The translations under genes and the position numbers were made by a program. The notes beneath the pieces were generated by a model. That model did not search any database and was not told the DNA's origin. It was given only the letters and a program-made list of their open reading frames with translations. Positions 1 to 9,328 of a stretch of 64,000 nt of DNA are shown here, one piece after another. Within the stretch, counting starts at the first letter, position 1; the number at the start of each line of letters is the position of its first letter. Source of the stretch: Candidatus Poseidoniaceae archaeon (lineage in GTDB: Archaea > Thermoplasmatota > Poseidoniia > Poseidoniales > Poseidoniaceae); contig JAPKFC010000002.1 in assembly GCA_028821785.1 (NCBI GenBank), positions 2,929-66,928 of the forward strand, in the 5' to 3' direction.

Positions 1-49
1 ACAAACCCCTAAACATGCACAAACCGATTCGGTTACTACCCTCAATACA

Positions 50-292
50 ATGGCAGGAGGGAGGTCCAATGTTGAATCAGGATTGCAAACGGGTATGGAC
101 ATAATCGCAACGATGGCTTTGTGGGATCGCAATAGTTCAGTAGATAGTTCAGATGAAGTTGTAATTACTCAGGGTTCACAAGGTGTCAATACAGTAATTG
201 CAATTATTGCAATGCTGGTAATAATCACCATTTTTTGTATGGTGATTTACCGTCAAGAAAAGGATATTTTCTACGAAATTGAGACTGATTAA
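50..292 (+). CDS. hypothetical small protein with a C-terminal transmembrane helix
   Basis: 80-aa ORF with a hydrophobic C-terminal segment (IAIIAMLVIITIFCMVIY). No recognisable motif. Confidence 0.25.
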   Translation: MAGGRSNVESGLQTGMDIIATMALWDRNSSVDSSDEVVITQGSQGVNTVIAIIAMLVIITIFCMVIYRQEKDIFYEIETD

Positions 293-346
293 TGAACATT
301 AGGAATGGAATTAAGTTTCATTTAGAAGATATTTGATATTGAACAC

Positions 347-363
347 ATTTACAAATTGTAAAT
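347..363. promoter_or_regulatory. 17-bp perfect palindrome ATTTACAAATTGTAAAT, ~65-90 bp upstream of the NYN gene start
   Basis: Read directly: atttacaa-a-ttgtaaat. A candidate operator site. Confidence 0.25.
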
Positions 364-425
364 AAGTTGCCTAGCAGTGGCGTTACTGCGAGCAAAGTTT
401 TATTGAAAGCGATAAGGAAAAAGGA

Positions 426-1610
426 GTGATATTTTTGAATGCGGATTATGATATTGTTATCGATGGTTCAAATTTGATTAATCATTCAGAAAAAGGTGTA
501 ACTAAACTAATACCAAGCCGTTTAATCAAAGCAATCCGCAAAGTGGAATTACTCGGATATACCCCCCTAACTTGCATTGATAGGTCAACATATAATCAAG
601 CAAAAAAGAAAAAGAAACCCCTTGAAGGAAGTATTGAAGATTTTGCAAAGTTAATCGATGAAGAAGGAATGCGATTCATGAATCGTGACGATGAAATGAT
701 CGACCATGCATTGCAACGTGGAGCATTAATACTAACAAATGACAGATTTAGAAAATGGAAAGATGGAACTGAAAAAACCAAACTAGAAATCGATTGGGAT
801 CTGGTTGATGAAAAATTAGTTCAGTGGTGGTTTGAGGATGAATTCTTCATGCCAGAATTATTAAAAAAATCCTCACAGCCATCAAAGATAATAGGAAAAG
901 CACCAATTAATAGTGTGAGAAGGTTGGCAAATAACAATTCAAATAAAAACGTACAAAGGAAAAAACGAAGTATGTTTATCAAGGTATTAGATTTAATATT
1001 TGATAATAATAAAAAAGCCCAAAAACCTCATAAAAGGGCTAAAAAGCAGCATAAAAATCAAACTAAATCAAAACCTCAAGCCTCTAAAAAACCTCAGGCT
1101 AAAGCGCAACAAAAGAAGGCCAAGCCCCAACAAAACAAACCGAAAAAGAATCCACAAAATCAAAAACCTAAGCAGACCAAACCGCAACAAAAGAAGGCTA
1201 AGCCTCAAGCTCAAAAGACTGCAAGCAAAGAAAAGAAACCTAATCCTCAAAGTAAAAAATCACTGCAGGCTAAAGCACCACAAAAGAAACCTAAACCTAG
1301 TTCAAAGAAGAGCAACAAGTCGAAACAAGCGAAGAACACTTCATCAGATATAGCCAATTTCAAATCCAAAATATTGGAAATACTTCCTGATAGAAAAATC
1401 TCAATATCCGGTCTTGCTACAATTATTAACAAACAGATGGTAGCCGCGGGTATCGAAAAGAACCCAACCACAGAGTTTCTCAAACAATATAAACTCCCGA
1501 AGGGCTTGAAAAAAGCCATCAATACTCACATGAGTGATGAAGTTATTATTACTGGGACGGGAACAAAATTCTTTATTGAAAAGAAAAGTAAAGCCGATAA
1601 AAAGGCCTGA
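426..1610 (+). CDS. NYN-domain (Zc3h12a-like) ribonuclease with a lysine-rich low-complexity linker and a C-terminal OST-HTH/LOTUS-like domain
   Basis: The N-terminus IVIDGSNL...LTNDRF resembles the NYN/PIN-like nuclease core. Residues ~190-300 are K/Q/P-rich repeats (QQKKAKPQ repeated). The C-terminal ~80 aa (ILEILPDRKISISGLATIINKQM...) resembles OST-HTH/LOTUS. The start is non-ATG: GTG at 426 directly abuts AAGGAG, and an in-frame TTG at 435 is also possible. Confidence 0.55.
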   Translation: MIFLNADYDIVIDGSNLINHSEKGVTKLIPSRLIKAIRKVELLGYTPLTCIDRSTYNQAKKKKKPLEGSIEDFAKLIDEEGMRFMNRDDEMIDHALQRGALILTNDRFRKWKDGTEKTKLEIDWDLVDEKLVQWWFEDEFFMPELLKKSSQPSKIIGKAPINSVRRLANNNSNKNVQRKKRSMFIKVLDLIFDNNKKAQKPHKRAKKQHKNQTKSKPQASKKPQAKAQQKKAKPQQNKPKKNPQNQKPKQTKPQQKKAKPQAQKTASKEKKPNPQSKKSLQAKAPQKKPKPSSKKSNKSKQAKNTSSDIANFKSKILEILPDRKISISGLATIINKQMVAAGIEKNPTTEFLKQYKLPKGLKKAINTHMSDEVIITGTGTKFFIEKKSKADKKA

Positions 1611-1626
1611 GTTGCTTAAACAATCC

Positions 1627-4101
1627 TTAGTTGGATAAATCCTTGATCTTCTCGATGAGGTCCATTTGGCGAAGTCGCCATACTCCGATAGGCGTCATAG
1701 CCACAGCAATAGCAAGAACACCACCCATCAATAGGTAGGCAACGTTTGGCACAAGTACGACGGGAACATGGAATTGCCAGGTCGAAAAGGATGCAGCCAA
1801 ACCGACCGCACCACCGTAGGCAAACAACACTCCAACCAAACCACCAAGAAGTCCAATCATCAAACTTTCGAATAACAACATGAGTCCTAAACTCTTGAGT
1901 GAGGCTCCTAAAACCCGTAACGTTGCCAATTCAAAGTCACGTTCAGCCACATTCATGACCATGGTATTGAACATCACAACAATGGTAAACATCAGTCCAA
2001 GATACATCATGGATTGGAATATTTGTGTTTGCTGTTCGAGGATACTTTCAATTCCATCTAACAATGTTTGGCGTCCAACAAGTCCGGCAGAAAGTTCCCC
2101 CAATTCATTGTCAACTTCGACACCATCGGGCAGGTCAAGGTAAACCGATGTAGCATTGACGCCAACGATATCACTCAAATCAGAACGGAGGAAATACATT
2201 GTTCGAGCCATTTCTCCTCGGCTTGAACCAACGATTTCCACATCGTGTTCATCACCATTCAGCAATACCTGATGTTGTTCTCCAACCTTCCAACTGAGGA
2301 AAGCCATTGCTCCTTCATCCATGATGACTTCAGTAATACCGGGATTGAGAGACGGAGTTGTTCCTTCTATAATTTCAACTGACCGCATACCTGTGTTTTG
2401 CTCATAGGAATCAAGACCAACTAAAGTGAAAATACGGTCGACGCCATCACCGTCTACAAGCATCCCTAATTGCGTCTCGATAATCAGTTCGAATGATGCA
2501 TTGTTATCATTGGCCCAATCGATAACACCGCTCTCTCCATCAGGCATGATGTAGACTTGTTGATCCCAACTCTGTTGCTCTTCCAAACCACCGACAAGGG
2601 TTTCTTCAAGACCGGCTGACATCATTTGAATCGAGCCAAATAGCATCAAGGAAATCCCAACTGCGATGAACGTCATTATCAGGCGAATTGGCTTTCGGAA
2701 ACTGGACCGAATAGAAAGGCCGAGAGTTGTCGGCATCCAAGATGTTAGCGATTTCAAGAAGTTCGAACCAACCCTCATTTCGGAGTGTCCACCGAGTATT
2801 TCGAGTGGCTCTAAACGGCTCGCTTTCCATGCAGGGAAAGCGCCTGAGAGGAAGACGACAAGCATGGTTAATCCAATGACGGTCGTATAAACTGAAGTTG
2901 GAACTGCACGGTCAACGATTGGAATTCCAATTATATTCTGGTAAAAATCCAACATTCCATTCATTCCAGAAGGCCCAGCAAGTGCTCCAAGACCACAACC
3001 AATTGCGCCAATAAACAAAGGCGCCATCAAGTATCCAGTCATCAATGAGGTACGGTCGACACCGAGCGTTCGGAGAACTGCGATTTCTCTGGATTGACTC
3101 TGAACAAGGCGTTGCAGGCTAAGGACAATGGTAATTGAAGCAATGACGGCAATCATCACGGTAAAGGGAATGGTGGTTCGCTTGGCTCCTTCCAAATCTT
3201 GGCGCAGGAGCTCAATCGGTTCATTTTGGCCACGGTCACGGACGCGTGCATCAATATTATTTTCGTCCATGGCGGTGCCAACCATCGCTTTGACGGCATC
3301 AATTTCATCACCTTCGTAATCTCCAGTGTTTGGAAGGTCAAAGGAAGGAGTTCCATCGATTTCAAGAATAATAGTATTACTTGAACCAAGTGATTCTCCA
3401 GTCAGTCTTGCCATTCCCGAATCAGAAAGATAACCTACGACAAATTCACCTATTTCAGGTGGAAACATGGTTCCTTCGGGCGCCATCATCACATGCAGGG
3501 GATGGAAGCCAATTCCGACAACTGTGAAGTTCGCACTGGCTCCACCTGCACCGATTCGAACGGTATCTTGCAATTCGATTTCAAGTACTTCTGCTACGTG
3601 AGCATCGATAACAATTTCATCATAAGCAACAGCAGTTCGACCTTCTGAATGCCCCTCAGGGAGCCATACCCGGTCGGCATTTGCATCTGCAGGAATACCG
3701 TGCCAAAGTGAATTGATGATACGTTCACCAGATGAATCGTTATGGAAAAGAGCACCTTGGAGAATAGTTCGTCCCTCACAACTATCCAAAGACATCAGTT
3801 CAGCTGAGGCATCCTCCCATCCAGTACTCAAATTATTACAGAAAGAAGAAACTTGTTCCGGCGTCCATACTGCACTTCGGTTATCAAGCCATAGATCGGC
3901 AAGGTTCCCCCCATCCTCACTATCGCCTTGAAGCGTATCGTACATATTATCGAGACTTTGAGAGTATCCTCCAAAGGTTATTCCTGCGAATACACCAACA
4001 AACACCATCAAGACAACTGCAATAAGTCGTAACTTGGTTCGCCAAAGGCTACGTGCCAAGCGCTTATTGAGTAATTTAGACATGAAAACACCTCCACTCA
4101 A
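1627..4101 (-). CDS. ABC transporter permease, MacB/FtsX-like, with two FtsX permease modules and large extracytoplasmic domains
   Basis: 824 aa with two sets of TM helices in FtsX-like topology. It overlaps the downstream ATPase gene by 4 nt. Confidence 0.75.
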   Translation of the reverse strand: MSGGVFMSKLLNKRLARSLWRTKLRLIAVVLMVFVGVFAGITFGGYSQSLDNMYDTLQGDSEDGGNLADLWLDNRSAVWTPEQVSSFCNNLSTGWEDASAELMSLDSCEGRTILQGALFHNDSSGERIINSLWHGIPADANADRVWLPEGHSEGRTAVAYDEIVIDAHVAEVLEIELQDTVRIGAGGASANFTVVGIGFHPLHVMMAPEGTMFPPEIGEFVVGYLSDSGMARLTGESLGSSNTIILEIDGTPSFDLPNTGDYEGDEIDAVKAMVGTAMDENNIDARVRDRGQNEPIELLRQDLEGAKRTTIPFTVMIAVIASITIVLSLQRLVQSQSREIAVLRTLGVDRTSLMTGYLMAPLFIGAIGCGLGALAGPSGMNGMLDFYQNIIGIPIVDRAVPTSVYTTVIGLTMLVVFLSGAFPAWKASRLEPLEILGGHSEMRVGSNFLKSLTSWMPTTLGLSIRSSFRKPIRLIMTFIAVGISLMLFGSIQMMSAGLEETLVGGLEEQQSWDQQVYIMPDGESGVIDWANDNNASFELIIETQLGMLVDGDGVDRIFTLVGLDSYEQNTGMRSVEIIEGTTPSLNPGITEVIMDEGAMAFLSWKVGEQHQVLLNGDEHDVEIVGSSRGEMARTMYFLRSDLSDIVGVNATSVYLDLPDGVEVDNELGELSAGLVGRQTLLDGIESILEQQTQIFQSMMYLGLMFTIVVMFNTMVMNVAERDFELATLRVLGASLKSLGLMLLFESLMIGLLGGLVGVLFAYGGAVGLAASFSTWQFHVPVVLVPNVAYLLMGGVLAIAVAMTPIGVWRLRQMDLIEKIKDLSN

Positions 4102-4796
4102 GCTTCTTCATCAGAGTTGTTAATGCTTTCATCTGAAATGATTCGGCCACTATCTATACGAATAACTCGTGTAGCAAATCTAGTCAATCCTTCATCGTGA
4201 GTAACAAAAACAGCAGTGATATTTTCTCGTTCACAAGCATGAACTAAGGCTTCCAAAACTTTGTTTGAAGTTTCTGTATCAAGATTGCCTGTCAGTTCAT
4301 CGCCAAGCAACAGTGTTGGGCGCTTGGCAATGCTTCGAGCAATGGCAACACGTTGTTGTTGACCACCACTTATTTCTCCAGGAAAACGGTCAACCTCGGC
4401 TTCAAGACCAACCAGTTCAAGTAATTCCTTGGCCCGTTCAACATCTTTTTTGCCAGCGAGTTCTTGGATCAAGAGGATATTCTCGAGTACGGTGAGGTCT
4501 TGAAGAAGGTTGAAAAATTGGAAGACATAACCAATGTTATTTCGGCGGAATGTGGTCATTTTTTCAGAATGTTTTCGTGGCACTTCGCTCTCTTGGAATA
4601 GGTAACTTCCTTCGGTTGGGCTATCCAGTGCAGACAAGCAGTTGAGCAGTGTTGTTTTTCCTGAGCCAGAAGGTCCGAGAAGAATGACTCTTTCACCTTC
4701 ATGAATTTCCAGGTTAATTCCATCAAGGGCTTTGACGACACCTGCTGGAGTATTGTAATAACGTTCTATGTTTTTCATTTCGAGTAGTTTCATCAT
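4098..4796 (-). CDS. ABC transporter ATP-binding protein (MacB/LolD-like)
   Basis: Walker A GPSGSGKTT, ABC signature LSGGQQQRVAIARS and Walker B LLLGDE are present. It is translationally coupled to the permease. Confidence 0.9.
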   Translation of the reverse strand: MMKLLEMKNIERYYNTPAGVVKALDGINLEIHEGERVILLGPSGSGKTTLLNCLSALDSPTEGSYLFQESEVPRKHSEKMTTFRRNNIGYVFQFFNLLQDLTVLENILLIQELAGKKDVERAKELLELVGLEAEVDRFPGEISGGQQQRVAIARSIAKRPTLLLGDELTGNLDTETSNKVLEALVHACERENITAVFVTHDEGLTRFATRVIRIDSGRIISDESINNSDEEA

Positions 4797-4814
4797 TTCA
4801 CCTTCTTTGTTGCA

Positions 4815-5423
4815 TTAATTCACTTGAACTCGCGACATGATGACTTCGATTGAAACATCTATCTGTTCATCATTATCATTGAATGGAATTGTACTATCGA
4901 CATTTAGAGACACATCGGTTTCAATTTCGAATGGGGGTTGTAAATAGTCAACATCTAACTCTTCAGTCAAATCCTGCCATCTCATTTCTAGTATTATCAA
5001 GGAGCAATCGCTAACAGAACCTGATGTCGTTGATGTCACTGGTTCATCTCCACTATCCCCAGTAATCATTAATTCTGCACTAACGGTGTCGCAATCTCCA
5101 TCGCCTGTTGCAGTTTCATCATATGAGATTTCAACAATGACTGAAGTTAATATCCAACCATCTGCACTCCAATTTTCTTGGAATGCCGAATTAACACTCT
5201 CACTACCCCCATCCTGTAGAACGAAATTCCAAGTGTCGGTGAGAGTTATGTTCTCTGTCATGAATTCTGAAGGGCCCGCTCCAGTATTAGTTGAATCAGC
5301 GAAAGATGGGCTAAACAACACAGCTCCAGCGTGCAGAATGATAAAGAGCACAGATACGGATACGAGAATTAAAAAATCCTTCTCCTTTTCCAAGGTCTTC
5401 GGTTTGAAGTCCTCATTCAGCAT
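4815..5423 (-). CDS. membrane-anchored acidic extracytoplasmic protein, putative accessory component of the ABC module
   Basis: N-terminal TM anchor (FLILVSVSVLFIILHAGAVLF) followed by a D/E/S/T-rich domain. It is adjacent to and co-oriented with the ABC genes. Confidence 0.4.
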   Translation of the reverse strand: MLNEDFKPKTLEKEKDFLILVSVSVLFIILHAGAVLFSPSFADSTNTGAGPSEFMTENITLTDTWNFVLQDGGSESVNSAFQENWSADGWILTSVIVEISYDETATGDGDCDTVSAELMITGDSGDEPVTSTTSGSVSDCSLIILEMRWQDLTEELDVDYLQPPFEIETDVSLNVDSTIPFNDNDEQIDVSIEVIMSRVQVN

Positions 5424-6718
5424 CAGATATTCCCTCCGACTAGTATTCCGAGTCCAAATGTTAACACCACGACTGCGAAAGTTAACATCATCAATCGATA
5501 GGGATCTTCATCTTCAAAATAACCTTCTGATACAGGTAAAATCTTCTCATCTGCTCGATCAGCAAGATTCTCGAAGATTCTATCCTCCCAACCGATGGCA
5601 AAGGCAAGAAATACACCAATCAATGCCGCAGAAAGCAATTGAGGCATTGGGATGAATGCCTGAATAATTTCAAAGAAGGCTGAAGCCCAAACGGTAATGA
5701 TCAGTAGGGCGATAACCCTAGTACGTTTCCTGACCTTTTCGTTTGTTAGATCGAATAGATTGAAGCGCAAGGCAACGATGATAAGAATCAAAGGACGGAT
5801 AAGACCGAATGTTCCAGTGACAACGAAATAATTCCAAAGTGAAGCAAATTCCCCATCGACTGGAACGAGGAGTTGCACTAGATAATTCGCCAATCCAAAC
5901 AAAAGATAGGCAAGAGCAAGACCAATAACAGTGTAATCTCTTTTATCGCGGTTTGTAATTCCTTCTTTGATGACGATTGCAAAGAGAGTTATCGTTACTA
6001 GTGGTCCATTGAGGACTAGCATGAGATGAACGAGAGTTTCACTTAACATCCCCCCCTCAAGGAATGATCCGGTGAAAAGTTCTCGCCGGTCAAAGAAGAG
6101 AGTATATGGCCAGAGCATAATCGAAGATCCAATGAATGCAAAGAAAAGGAATGCTGATGAAATAGCGACGTTGCGATACTTTGGATCGTCATCGGTTCGG
6201 TAAAGGAGGTACCACCTCGCTGTAACCAATGCGCTGATGCCGATTGCTGTCACCGCTCCGATGTTGTAGGCAAGATATATTCCGGTATTCCCTCCAAACT
6301 TATAATTTGATAACAGGAGACTCACGCACATCATGGCGACCAACATTGAACCAAGTCTGATAGTGTTCTTTCTTTCCGCCATAATTGGTATTGGGAAAAC
6401 AGTGAATAAAATCCCTATCTGAATCATCGTAAACAAATTGAGCACGCTACTGATAGACAATAAATACTTGGTGACTTCAGGTGAGAATCCAAACAAATCG
6501 GTGTCGGCACGGAGATAATAGATTATAAAAATTAAAGAATTGACCATAAAGAGTAAGCCCATTTGCATTAATCCAACTCTCAATGTGTTGGAGGTTTTTT
6601 CATCCTTCAATGATAGCCAAAGAAAAGCGACTCCCATTAGGGCAGACAATCCAAATGAGAGAATAATGAGTTCTTCTACTGAACCTGTACCAGCCATACC
6701 CTCACCGTGCTGAAACAA
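5423..6718 (-). CDS. polytopic integral membrane protein of unknown function
   Basis: 431 aa with roughly 11-12 predicted hydrophobic helices. It overlaps the start of the downstream gene by 1 nt. Confidence 0.5.
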   Translation of the reverse strand: MFQHGEGMAGTGSVEELIILSFGLSALMGVAFLWLSLKDEKTSNTLRVGLMQMGLLFMVNSLIFIIYYLRADTDLFGFSPEVTKYLLSISSVLNLFTMIQIGILFTVFPIPIMAERKNTIRLGSMLVAMMCVSLLLSNYKFGGNTGIYLAYNIGAVTAIGISALVTARWYLLYRTDDDPKYRNVAISSAFLFFAFIGSSIMLWPYTLFFDRRELFTGSFLEGGMLSETLVHLMLVLNGPLVTITLFAIVIKEGITNRDKRDYTVIGLALAYLLFGLANYLVQLLVPVDGEFASLWNYFVVTGTFGLIRPLILIIVALRFNLFDLTNEKVRKRTRVIALLIITVWASAFFEIIQAFIPMPQLLSAALIGVFLAFAIGWEDRIFENLADRADEKILPVSEGYFEDEDPYRLMMLTFAVVVLTFGLGILVGGNI

Positions 6719-6809
6719 TCGGCCCTCTCATATCAATTAATTGCCAATGAGTGAAATTTATTTGAGATTGGTGCTTGAGGAAGAGCACAACCTAATGGAT
6801 GGTCAAAAT

Positions 6810-6871
6810 TGGTCCCCGCTCCCATGAGAGAGGATACAACAGAAATCGCCCAACCTCTCGATAGAGCGGGG
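6810..6871 (-). repeat. 62-nt tRNA-like minihelix / duplicated 3' end of tRNA-Tyr (possible att remnant)
   Basis: The 15-nt TGGGAGCGGGGACCA at the tRNA-Tyr 3' end (6900-6914, plus-strand tggtccccgctccca) is repeated at 6810-6824. The copy is preceded by CCCCGCT, which can pair as an acceptor stem, and an internal GAGAGG/CCTCTC hairpin. It is too short for a full tRNA. Confidence 0.4.
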
Positions 6872-6899
6872 AACACGATAAAATCTGATGCTATCGAAG

Positions 6900-7004
6900 T
6901 GGTCCCCGCTCCCAGACTTGAACTGGGGACACCCTGATGTCTGCTGAGACGTTTTGTAATAATACAACTACAGTCAGGTGCTCTACCAACTGAGCTAAGC
7001 GAGG
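6900..7004 (-). tRNA. tRNA-Tyr (anticodon GUA) with a ~29-nt intron at the canonical 37/38 position and an encoded CCA
   Basis: The minus-strand reading is CCTCGCT-TA-GCTCAGTTGGTAGAGC-A-CCTGA-CTGTAG-[intron TTGTATTATTACAAAACGTCTCAGCAGAC]-A-TCAGG-GTGTC-CCCAG-TTCAAGT-CTGGG-AGCGGGG-A-CCA. Acceptor, D, anticodon and T stems all pair. Confidence 0.85.
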
Positions 7005-7090
7005 TAATCCGTCGCACTTGGCTCCACTACTTAACCCCAACCGCACGACGACAAGGCCATTTTACTATCAGTGACCAAGAGACTTGACGC

Positions 7091-7804
7091 CTACTGCTTT
7101 AGTCGACGTTGTCTAAGTGCCTCTACTGCAAGAACACTAACCGCAACTTGCAAGTTATAAGAAGGGACAAATCCGTCCATCGGCAAAATTACTATTTCAT
7201 CAGCCGCATCTTGAACCAATTGGCTAACTCCATGTTTTTCGGCTCCTACAACCAATAGCACATCGCCGGTCATATCAACATCCCAAGGCCCTACTTTACC
7301 AGTATCTTCAGCCACGATTATCCTGACTTTATTGGATTTTGCCGCTTCTAAAATCTCTTCACTAGTCGAATAGACAACGGGAAGAAAGCGATCGGCCCTC
7401 ATGCTGGCTCTGCGAATAGTTCTTCTCTCCTCATGAGTTTTAGCAACATTGAGAACAACTGCATCCGCTCCTGAAACTTCCGCAGTTCGTATTGTAAAGC
7501 CGAGGTTTGTTGAATATTCAACTCCGTCAAAGAACCAAATCGTTCCACCTCTTTGCATAACTTCATCAAGAGTTCCTTCAATCGTTCTTCCAATCAAAGC
7601 CAAAGCATCTTGTGCACCATCATGTGACATTCTCCACAAGTCATTGGTTGAACCTTCTTGTAAAGGAACTCCATTTTGTTGACAAAGTTCCCTAATTAGA
7701 GCAGTATCTTTCTCTCTATCGACCAATACCATGTCCAAGTCTTGTCCTTGTTGTAATGCCGCGAGGACCGCATCTCTTCCGGTCACTTGGCCTGCCATGA
7801 CCAT
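7091..7804 (-). CDS. SpoU/TrmH-family (SPOUT) RNA 2'-O-methyltransferase
   Basis: The C-terminal motifs LLVVGAEKHGVS and YNLQVAVSVLAVEAL are typical of the SpoU methylase knot region. Confidence 0.65.
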   Translation of the reverse strand: MVMAGQVTGRDAVLAALQQGQDLDMVLVDREKDTALIRELCQQNGVPLQEGSTNDLWRMSHDGAQDALALIGRTIEGTLDEVMQRGGTIWFFDGVEYSTNLGFTIRTAEVSGADAVVLNVAKTHEERRTIRRASMRADRFLPVVYSTSEEILEAAKSNKVRIIVAEDTGKVGPWDVDMTGDVLLVVGAEKHGVSQLVQDAADEIVILPMDGFVPSYNLQVAVSVLAVEALRQRRLKQ

Positions 7805-7838
7805 CCGTTGTGCAAACTGCTCAAGAGCCTGCTCATCG

Positions 7839-8393
7839 TCAAACTCTTTCGTTATTGATTCTCCATTGCATTGTCATCACAGAAACAGAATACCATGCTG
7901 CCAATGCGATCATTACTGAAATTAACCACCAAACTGGCGACCAACTCCAAGGATCGCCAACACCTTCTATTTGCCCAGGTAACGGGAAAAAGGGCCACAT
8001 AGACCATGCTCCCGTGTGTGATATGATGTCGATAGCGGCATGACTAGCCCATGCTACTAACGTCCAAGTTCGCCAATTTTTGTGTTTGAAATAAATAAAA
8101 ACCAATAATGGCAAAAGAAGAGAATGGGTAAACCAGTATCCAGCAAGCCACATAGAATCCTCAGCCCCAATCCAATGTGCAGGGTCATAGATCCAAGGCC
8201 AATCACCTGCTGACCATGCAAAAACAAATTGTGCAGGAATAGCTGCAAAATCAGGCGCAGTACCTAAAAACGCCCCTATCCATCTTCCACGTTTTCGTTG
8301 TTGAGACGGCTTTTCCCACAATGCTAGTTCGGCGATAATGGCGCCGATGATAGCATGGGTAATCATGTCCATGTGGTTCCGTAAAAGCCCCAA
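7839..8393 (-). CDS. membrane-bound metal-dependent hydrolase-like protein (YdjM/DUF457-like)
   Basis: Membrane protein with His-rich motifs (ITHAIIG, WFTHSLL, ASHAAIDIISHTG). The start is probably the internal MDMITHA. Confidence 0.4.
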   Translation of the reverse strand: MGLLRNHMDMITHAIIGAIIAELALWEKPSQQRKRGRWIGAFLGTAPDFAAIPAQFVFAWSAGDWPWIYDPAHWIGAEDSMWLAGYWFTHSLLLPLLVFIYFKHKNWRTWTLVAWASHAAIDIISHTGAWSMWPFFPLPGQIEGVGDPWSWSPVWWLISVMIALAAWYSVSVMTMQWRINNERV

Positions 8394-8631
8394 CTAAAAT
8401 AATCATTGTTACAGACATTGGGGATATTATTTTGACAAGACAAGAATTACAAGAAAGGCAGTAATTATTACTATTTATTCAGGTGTTTGGTGGGCCAATA
8501 GTGTGAAATAATGATGTTAAGCAAAGTGAATTATCGGCGTATAGGATTGCCATTCGCGACATAGCACTCCGTTTAGCCGCGTGGACAGACTCATAAAGGG
8601 GAGTTAGGTCGGCAGAACGCTGAGAAGCAGA

Positions 8632-9243
8632 GTGTTCAACATGTCACAAGGATTGTATCATCATATTCGTGCTACTTGGAAGCGTCCAAATGATGCACTT
8701 CCTCACATGTATCGTCAGACTCGTATGGCAGAATGGCGCCGAGAGCCGGTAAATTGCCGTATCGAGCGTCCTACTCGTTTAGATGCTGCTCGCAGACTAG
8801 GTTACAAAGCAAAGCAAGGCGTTGTTGTAATCAGAACTAGAGTCCGCCGTGGTGGACTTCGTAAGAGTAAGATTAACATGAAGCGTAAGCCATCCAAGAT
8901 GGGTATGAAGAAGATTACCATGGGTAAGAATATTCAGCGTATGGCAGAAGAGCGTGTTGCACGTCACTTCCCTAATTTAGAAGTCCTAAACTCCTATTGG
9001 GTTGGCCAAGATGGAAAGCACAAGTTCTACGAAGTTATCATGATCGATACCGACCACCCATCAATAATCGCTGACAAGCAACTTGGTGTATTCTCCCGAG
9101 CAAATGGAAACAAGTCCCACCGTGGACGTGTTTACCGTGGTATGACCTCTGCTGGAAAGCGCGGTCGTGGATTGTTCAACAAGGGTAAGGGTGCAGAAAA
9201 GCTACGTCCTTCTCTAAAGGCAAACCTGAATCGTGGAAAGTGA
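8632..9243 (+). CDS. rpl15e: 50S ribosomal protein L15e
   Basis: YHHIRATWKRP...RPTRLDAAR..GYKAKQG..PNLEVLNSYWVGQDG..RPSLKANLNRGK matches L15e across its length. The start may be the second ATG at 8641. Confidence 0.9.
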   Translation: MFNMSQGLYHHIRATWKRPNDALPHMYRQTRMAEWRREPVNCRIERPTRLDAARRLGYKAKQGVVVIRTRVRRGGLRKSKINMKRKPSKMGMKKITMGKNIQRMAEERVARHFPNLEVLNSYWVGQDGKHKFYEVIMIDTDHPSIIADKQLGVFSRANGNKSHRGRVYRGMTSAGKRGRGLFNKGKGAEKLRPSLKANLNRGK

Positions 9244-9328
9244 TTTACTCACAATTCATTTCAGCCTTTGATTTGTTAAGGCTTCATTAATTGTCGCTGT
9301 ATGATTCATTTTACAATAGGCGGATTTA

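Noticed and set aside
1000-1353. ORFs in alternate frames and antisense across the K-rich repeat region (1000..1353 +, 1068..1250 -, 1247..1522 -)
   Set aside because: They are artefacts of low-complexity AAG/AAA-rich DNA inside the NYN gene.
6733-7017. 94-aa minus-strand ORF
   Set aside because: It lies entirely over the tRNA-Tyr gene and its duplicated 3' end. This is a non-coding region.
8490-8631. Possible C/D-box sRNA upstream of rpl15e (AUGAUG-like and CUGA elements)
   Set aside because: The boxes are ~118 nt apart, far beyond archaeal C/D sRNA spacing, and there is no guide-like structure. It is treated as a promoter or leader region.
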